This document shows, piece by piece, positions 55,787-64,000 of a stretch of 64,000 bases of DNA; position 1 is the stretch's first letter; the number at the start of each line of letters is the position of its first letter. The notes beneath the pieces were generated by a model, which did no database searches, was not told the DNA's origin, and saw only the letters and a list, made by a program, of their open reading frames with translations. This DNA comes from Eledone cirrhosa. Taxonomy: Eukaryota. The position numbers and the translations under genes were made by a program. The stretch is from contig OZ024747.1 of assembly GCA_964016885.1 (NCBI GenBank), positions 69,874,001-69,938,000 on the forward strand, in the 5' to 3' direction.

Positions 55787-55936
55787 GAAAGAGATAGAAG
55801 GCTAAACAATGCAAAATGGACTGTAACATGTTCTTTTAAAGAACAACGAAACAAAACAAAGATCACCAGGTAACTTTTACCTTTTGTTACCTCATCTTAC
55901 AGTCCTTTTTGCATTGTTTAGCCTTCTATCTCTTTC
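55787..55936. repeat. 44-bp inverted repeat
   Basis: 55787-55830 / 55893-55936, ~2 mismatches. Confidence 0.85.
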
Positions 55937-56096
55937 GACGTTATATATATATACAATGTTTAGCCTTTCAACGTTATATATATATATTTCAATATAGAAA
56001 TGACTTCTACTGGTCACCTGATGTATACCAGAAATTCACCTATATATATATACATATATACGTATCTATATATATATATACATATATACATATCTA

Positions 56097-56154
<58 letters not shown>

Positions 56155-56157
<3 letters not shown>

Positions 56158-56981
56158 ATGAAAGGCAGACTGTATGATGCCTGCATACGAACAGCAATGT
56201 CACATGGCAGTGAGACATGGGCCTTGTGTGTACAGACTGGAGAGGAATGAAGCTTGCATGCTCCGTTGGATGTGTAATAATAATATACGTGAACGGCAAA
56301 GCATAAATGAACTAAGTGAGCAATTAGAAATAAGAGGGATCAGATGCTGTTTACTCGGGAGAAGGCTACATTGGTATGGTCACGTGATGCGCATGAAAGA
56401 CAACAGCTGTCTAAAAAAGTGCAGGGCGATCAAAATAGATGGAAGCTACGGAGTAGGTAGACCCAATAAAACCTGGGACGATTTGATAAACTCCGACCTT
56501 ACACACTTACACCTCTCCAAGACAATGTCACTGGACCGAAATCTTTGGCGCTACGCCGTAATACAAAAGACCCGCCTTGCCTAAGTACAAAGTGAAACCT
56601 ACAGTCAGTAGGCACCTCCTAACCAAAAAATACACCCCCATCCCACTACCCCTACCCCCACCCCATCTACATCACCCCTTTCTCTGTAAAGTTATGTTGG
56701 TGCCACAACATCCAGTCCTAAATAAATGAGGTCGTGTAGGTGTTACAATAAAAAAACACACAGTCCACGCTGTAATGTGGCCATGTATGTAACACGGTAA
56801 AAACCTCCCAGTCCACACTGTAAACGTGGTTGGTGTTAGGAAGGGCATCCAGCCGTAGAAAACCTGCCAGACAGTCCTATAGAAGCAAGGCAACCAATCT
56901 TGCCTCATGTGGAACAATTCCCGTCTAAACCCATGCTAACGTGGAAGATAGACGTTAAATGATGATGATGATGATGATGAT
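56155..56981 (+). mobile_element. RTE LINE, 5'-truncated
   Basis: MKGRLYDAC...[12 protein letters not shown]...KTRLA; (GAT)n. Confidence 0.95.
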
Positions 56982-56989
56982 ATATGTAT

Positions 56990-57818
56990 ATCATCATCAT
57001 CATCATCATCAACGTTTAACGTCCGTGTTCCACGCTTGCATGGGTTTGGACGGGGGTAGTCCCACTTGAGGCAAGAGTGATTGTCTTGCTCGCATAGGAC
57101 TGTCTGGCAGGTTTTCTACAGTTGGATGCCCTTCCTAACACCAACCACATTTACAGTGTGGGTCTGGGAGGTTTTTACCGTGTTGCCTACACGGCCACAT
57201 TAAAGCGTGGACTGTGTGTTTTTTGTCGTGACACCTACACGATCTCATTTGTTTCGGCCTCGATGGCGCGGCACCAACATAACTTTACATAGAACGGGGT
57301 GGTGTGGATCGGGTGGGGGTGGTGGGACGGGGTGTATTTGTTAGAGATGCCTACTGGCTGGAGTAGGTTTTACTATATATTTAGGTAAGGCGGGTCTTCT
57401 CTGTTACTGAGTACCGCCAAAGGTCTCGGTCCAGTGACATTGTCTTGGAGAGGTGTAAGTGTGTGATGTCGGAGTTTATCAGCTCGTCCCAGGTTTTTCT
57501 AGGTCTGCCTATTCCGTGACTACCGTCTATCTTTATTGCCCTGCACTTTGTTATACAGCTATCGACTTTCATGCGCATCACGTGTCCATACCAACGTAGC
57601 CTTCTCTCGAGTAAACAACATCTGATCCCTCTTATCTCTAATTTATTCCTTAGTTCGTTTATGCTTTGCCGTTCACGTATATTACTGTTACACATCCAGC
57701 GGAGCATGCAAGCTTCGTTCCTCTCTAGTCTGCGTATATCCTCTGCACACAATGCCCAGGTCTCACTGCCATGCAGCATTGCTGTTCGTATGCAGGCATC
57801 GAACAACCTGCCTTTCAT
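56990..57818 (-). mobile_element. RTE LINE, 5'-truncated, young
   Basis: ORF 57381..57923. Confidence 0.95.
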
Positions 57819-57839
57819 ATATATATATATATGTGTGTG

Positions 57840-57897
<58 letters not shown>

Positions 57898-57901
<4 letters not shown>

Positions 57902-57983
57902 TCAAACTAAAATATGTTGACAATCTTTTAATAATGTCTTCGTTGTGAAATTTGTGGTCTTGTTTTACTTAACTAATGAATAT
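57898..57983 (+). repeat. Solo fragment of the 39393-element arm
   Basis: Matches 39826-39910; flanked by (TA)n. Confidence 0.85.
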
Positions 57984-58137
57984 GTATATATATATACACT
58001 CACATTCTTCGTTAACTTCAATGTGCTTTGATTCCTGGTGTGAATATTCAAATATCTTGACAAATTAAACTGTGTTGTGTTACTGTCATATTAAGTATAG
58101 ATATATTTAATTTACATGATATTATTTTTAGATAATA

Positions 58138-58330
58138 GGGGCGGTGAATTGGCAGTATCGGTAGACGGTCGGACGCCCTGCTTTGACGCATAGAGTTACG
58201 GCCCTTGCCATTCTGAGTTTAAATCCCGCCGAGGTTAACTTTGCCTTTCATCCTTACGGGGTCTATAAAATAAAGTACCAGTAATGTACTGGGGAATTGC
58301 TGGCCTTGTGCCAATAGTAGAAACAATTAT
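58138..58330 (+). mobile_element. SINE family A with 17-bp TSD
   Basis: ATTATTTTTAGATAATA at 58121-58137 and 58326-58342. Confidence 0.9.
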
Positions 58331-58583
58331 TTTTAGATAATATTATATATTCTAATTATAAAAGTCTTCTATCATTTATCTATGTCTTGAACATTTGTAA
58401 TACATTGCACTCTAGAAGCAGAGTGTAGGCGACTTAAATGTTGACACCCTACACATATCTTCCTAGTAGCTGTTCCCATCATCATAGTACCCTCCCTGTG
58501 AGATTGGAGATCTGCCCTCCTTTCTTATGTTCACTTTGTCAAATCCTACAACAATCTCCCTAGTGCTAGTGCCATAATATAAT

Positions 58584-58766
58584 TGTTTCTACTTTTGGTA
58601 CAAGGCCACAATTACCCAGTGCATTATTGGTACTTTATTTTATCGACCCCGTAAGGACGAAAGGTAAAGTTTACCTCGGCGGGAATTGAACTCAGAATGT
58701 CAAGGGGCGTAACTCTATGCGTCAAAGCATGGCATCCGACCCTCTACTGATACTGCCAATCCACCG
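58584..58766 (-). mobile_element. SINE family A with 19-bp TSD
   Basis: GCTAGTGCCATAATATAAT at 58565-58583 and 58766-58784. Confidence 0.9.
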
Positions 58767-58931
58767 CTAGTGCCATAATATAATGCAACCAATGCACATT
58801 ATAGAGTGTATGAATGTATATATATGAGGTATGGGCCCAGAGCACATCTGAGAGGTACCGATTAAGGATTTGATCTATGACAACCATCCAACCTTTGCTA
58901 ACAAAGAAAATAGATGTTAAATGATGATAAT

Positions 58932-59028
<97 letters not shown>

Positions 59029-59113
59029 ATAATATATCTATATAGTTATGTATGTGTTTATATATAAGTTTGTGGTTTGAATATTTAGATATCTATGCAT
59101 ATATATATATATA

Positions 59114-62100
59114 TCATCATCATCATCATCATCAACGTTTAACGTCCGTGTTCCACGCTTGCATGGGTTTGGACGGGGGTTTTCCCACTTGAGGCAAGAG
59201 TGATTGTCTTGCTCGCATAGGACTGTCTGGCGGGTTTTCTACAGCTGGATGCCCTTCCTAACACCAACCACATTTACAGTGTGGGGCTGGGAGGTTTTTA
59301 CCGTGTTGCCTACACGGCCACATTACAGCGTGGACTGTGTGTCTTTTTGTTGTGACACCTATACGATCTCATTTGTTTTGGCCTGGATATTGTGGCACCA
59401 ACATAACTTTACATTGAAAGGGGCGGTGTGGATGGGGTGGGGGTGGTGGGACGGTGGTGTATTTTGTTAGAGATGCCTACTGTCTGTAGTAGGTTTTACT
59501 TTGTATTTAGGTAAGGCGGGTCTTCTCTATTACTGAGTACCGCCAAAGGTCTCGGTCCAGTGACATTGTCTTGGAGAGGTGTAAGTGTGTGAGGTCGGAA
59601 TTTATCAGCTCGTCCCAGGTTTTTCTGGGTCTGCCTACTCCGTGGCTACCGTCTATCTTTATTGCCCTGCACTTTGTTATACAGCTATCGTCTTTCATGC
59701 GCATCATGTGACCATACCAACGTAGCCTTCTCTCGAGTAAACAACATCTGAGCGCTCTTATTTCTAATTTTCTCCTTAGTTCGTTTATGCTTTGCCGTTC
59801 ACGTATATTACTATTACACATCCAGCGGAGCATGCAAGCTTCGTTCCTCTCTAGTCTGCGTATATCCTCTGCACACAATGCCCAGGTTTCACTGCCATGC
59901 AACATTGCTGTTCGTATGCAGGCATCATACAGCCTGCCTTTCATTTTTAGGGAGAACCCTTTAGCGGCTAATAGTGGTATAAGCTCTCTGAACTTTTTCC
60001 ATCCAGTTCTGACTCTAGCTATTGTACTTTCAGAGCATCCTCCCCCACTGCTGATTTTGTCACCCAGGTAACGGAAGCTGTCCACTATTTCTATAGAACC
60101 CTCTGCGCAGTTGAAAGAGCTAGTATCTGTGGGCACTTGCTGCTACTTATTGCACCAGAGCACCGACCACATGTAAAATCTATGTTCTTAGTTAGCTTAC
60201 CTATGATCCCACTACATCTTTTATGCACCCATACTTTGCATTTGGGACACAAAATGGAGTTTCTACCTACGCCTTTCCTACACACTGAGCATGGCCACTT
60301 CTCGGAAGGGACCGCCGCCTTATTTTCTTTCTTACAAACTAGAACTTTAGTCTTAGCCAGGTTAATTTTAAGGCCTTTTGATTCTAGGCCGTGCTTCCAT
60401 GTTTGGAATTTCTTCTCTAGCTCGGCCATTGATTCAGCTATGAGTGTTAGGTCATCTGCGTATAGGAGTTCCCATGGGCAGCCGGTCTTGAACTCCTCTG
60501 TTATAGCCTGAAGGGCAATAATAAATAGTAGGGGGCTGAGAACAGAGCCCTGATGGACGCCAACTTTTACGCTAAACTCTTCACTATATTCGTTGTTAAT
60601 TCTAACCTTGCTGACTGTTTCTTTATACATGGCATGTATAGCTCTCACAAGCCATTCGTCAACACCTAGTTTTCAAAGAGCCCACCAGATAATGGAACGG
60701 GGGACTCTGTCGAAGGCTTTCTCCAAGTCGACAAAGGCTAAGTATAGGGGTTTACTTTTAGCTAGGTACTTCTCCTGTAGTTGTCGTACAATGAAAAGAG
60801 CGTCTGTGGTACTTTTGCCTGACACAAACCCGAACTGCATTTCATCTAGATCAATTCTCTCTCTGATTAGTTGCGCTATTACTTTTTCCGTGACCTTCAT
60901 GACCTGGTCGATTAATTAATGCCTCTATAGTTACTCCTATCTAGGGCATCTCCTTTACGCTTATAACAGTTAACGATGATGCTGCTACGCCAGTCCTTCG
61001 GAACAACCCCATTCTGTACGACTTGGTTAACTATCCGGGTGACCATGGTGTGTCCCACCGAACCAGATGCCTTCAGCATCTCAGCAACTATTTCCGAAGG
61101 CCCAGCCGCCTTACCCGTCTTCATATCTTTGATTGCCTTACTTATTATACTACCCTCGACTAACACTGCTGGTCCCTCTATTGGGTCGATGTGGGGGAGA
61201 CTGTCTTTCTCCCATTTATTCTCCTCATTTAGTAGCCTTTCGTAGTGACACTTCCAAGCTACCTTCTTATCAGCGTCGGTGATGGCAAGTACGCCGTCAT
61301 CATTAAGTACACACTTCTCCCCGACAATATCGCGGTTTTCCTTGACACATTGCCTAGCAATCCTGAACACGTCACCTTTTAGGTCCTCGCGTTGTAGAAC
61401 ATGCTTGAACTTTCTTTCCTCTGCTTCCCTTCTTGCGAAGTACACTTGTCTCCTAGCTTCCCTCCTGGCCACTTGATAGTCTTCTCTACTTCCCCCATCC
61501 CGCCATACCTTCCAAGCCTGCTTTTTGGCCTTAATTGACCCCTCTACCTTACTGTTCCACCACCATGTTACTCTCCTCCTGCCTACAGGCCTGCTCCAGC
61601 CACAGACTTCGTCTGCCGCCATCAGCAGGTTTGCTTTCAGGAATTCCCACTGTTCCTCTATATTGTACGACTCTAATTGCTCTTCCTTACTGTCGAAAGC
61701 ATCAAGTAGTATGCTTTTAAATTTATTTCTGGCTGTGGGGTCCTTTAGCTTCCATATTTTTCTCCTGAGGATAGTCCTATTCTGCTGTCTAGTACGTCTC
61801 GTCCTGACTGTTAGGTCGCTAATTATCAGTCTATGTTGGGAGGTGCATTCTTCATGGGGGAGGGATTTAGTGTTTACAACAGACACTCTGTCACGTCTTC
61901 TGGTAAGGATATAATCTACCTGGCTTGTGTGTTCCCCCGATCTATAGGTGATCAGGTGATTGTCACATTTTTTGAAGTTAGTGTTACAGATAGTTAGGTT
62001 ATTTGCTTCACAGAATTCTAGGATTCTGGAGCCTTCCTCATTTCTAGTACCGAACCCATAGCCTCCATGGATTTCGTCGTAGCCGTCACAATGTTGTCCA

Positions 62101-62650
62101 ACGTGACCATTTAGGTCGCCTGCAATAATTATATAGTCACTGTCGGTTATTTGGGAGGTAGTGAGCATCGGTGTCTCATAGAATCTGTCTTTTATAGTGC
62201 CGGGCAGTCCGGATTGGGGTGCGTACGCGGATATTACTGTCACCGTAGTTCTATTGAGGACAAGTCTTATTTTAATTATTCTGTCGTTCACTCTATTTAC
62301 GTCTATTATCTTATCTGCCCACTTTTCTGCTACCATGATTCCTACTCCACCCAGCCCATTGTCATTTCCCACCCAGAAAAGCTTATAGCATCGTTTTTTA
62401 CCCACAATGAATCTAGCAGACCCACCCCTCCACCTGGTCTCTTGAATACAATAAACATCGACCTATTTACGTTCAAGCATTTCTACAACCTCGTTAGAGC
62501 GACCCTTTAAGGTGCCTACATTCATGGTACCAACTCTGAAGTTTTGGATTGCGTTTGGTGGGTGGGCGCGGGGGAGCACGGGGGGAGAAGGGGTTATGTT
62601 AGCCATCCGCGGCCGAAACAAAGAGGAGTACTCGCATTCTCGTCCACGAG
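59114..62650 (-). mobile_element. Near full-length RTE-clade LINE (APE + RT + Cys finger), disrupted
   Basis: NVGTL..IQETRW, GDLNGHVG, QVDYIL (APE); DLEKAFD, QGSVLSP, LLYADD (RT); ORF broken at ~62463, ~60912, ~60673 and ~60136. Confidence 0.97.
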
Positions 62651-62734
62651 ATATATACATACATGAACAGATAAATACATACAAACGCACATATATAAAT
62701 ACATGGATATATATATATATGTATATCAGATAGG

Positions 62735-62833
62735 GTGTGGTAAAAGACCAGGTGGACCATAACCCACCAGAGTACTTGATACTTAGTCAAAATGGCTGGA
62801 GCTCAGCCGCCAGGGTCCTGAATCTTTTCCTAT
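62735..62833. mobile_element. Naiad-like terminal-repeat fragment with inverted junction
   Basis: Reverse-oriented segment joined to forward TCAAAATGGCTGGAGCTCAGCCGCCAGGGTCCTGAATCTTTTCC. Confidence 0.7.
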
Positions 62834-63902
62834 ATATGTGTATATATAGATATACACACATAAATAGACATAATCATACACACATACACATACATATATA
62901 TATATATATATAGGTGCGTGTGTGTGTGTATTTATATATATGTGTGTGTATGTATAAATATATATATACATATTATATGTGTGGTGGGTTGTATGTATGT
63001 AAGTGTGTCTATATGAGAAGTGTGTATAAACTAAACAAAATTACTGAATTTAGTTGTGAGAGTGTGTTATTTCTACATTGATAAATATGTTTTCCTATCA
63101 TCATATGAAAATGTTGTGAGTTTTGACTTGTCGCAACTATTATGGAAAGAAAACAAAGGGAAATGGTAAAAGGAATGGCGGCAGATGATGAAGAAACAGC
63201 ATAGGTAAACCATGTGTATAAATGAGCCGTTTAGTAAGGACATGGTGACATGTAGTAGTGTATGCAAATGGTTTATACTTCAGATAAAATATTCACATCT
63301 GCTACAACATTTGCATCTAGAGGCATGATAATGCCTAAGGCAGTGAGTGAGAGGGAAAGAAAGAGTAAGGTGGAAAGTGGAGGGAGAGGGAGGTGAGGTG
63401 GAAGGTGGAGGGAGAGGGGCTGGGAGGAGATAAGAGAAAATTTCTCACAATCATTCCTACTAAATATAATTCTTCCTCAGAGGTCTCTCTTCTATGCTGA
63501 CAATGTCGCCTTTGGAAAAATTATTATCTCCATGCTATCGTCAATATTTTAATATATTCTAAATTCAATGTTTTCAGTTACAGCAAAAGCTTAGATTTTT
63601 TTTTTTAATCAATGTTGTATAAAATTCTGTCTTAATAATATGTTGATATTTACCTCTTCACAGATTTATTTTTATTTTTTCATTAGGTAACATTTTTAAC
63701 TAGTAATAATATATGTGTAATATGAGAAAAGTTTGTCACTATTAATTAAATAAAAATATAATAATAAACACCTCTTTATATGTAATTATTTTGCTACTCA
63801 TATAGACAGTCAAACAAATGAATAAAAGAATTTGTACGTATATACGTATATATATATGTCTTTGTATTTTTGCATTGTTGTGTTTGTTTTGTTTCCTGCA
63901 TC

Positions 63903-63955
<53 letters not shown>

Positions 63956-64000
63956 CATACACACATATATATACATACACACACACATATATAAATACAT

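Overview
AT-rich animal non-coding DNA, most likely cephalopod (Octopus-like; inferred from the repeat families and long (TA)n arrays). No host protein-coding exon could be supported, and most listed ORFs are artefacts of (TA)n/(CA)n tracts. Recognisable content: about 10 RTE-clade LINE copies (one near full length at 59114-62650), two tRNA-derived SINE families, CR1-group, RTEX-like and R4-like LINE fragments, TTAA MITEs, a decayed Tc1/mariner transposase and several Penelope-like element (PLE) fragments. The most notable signal, read by eye, is a dense set of short, mostly non-coding elements embedded in (TA)n tracts. They carry hammerhead ribozyme (HHR) motifs and/or inverted fold-back arms. 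Several have non-canonical cores (CAGAnGA, CCGATGA), several inversions centre on or begin at HHR stem II, one carries a SINE in both arms, and one family places a tRNA-like gene antisense to an HHR-like motif. All structures were folded manually; no searches or folding programs were run.
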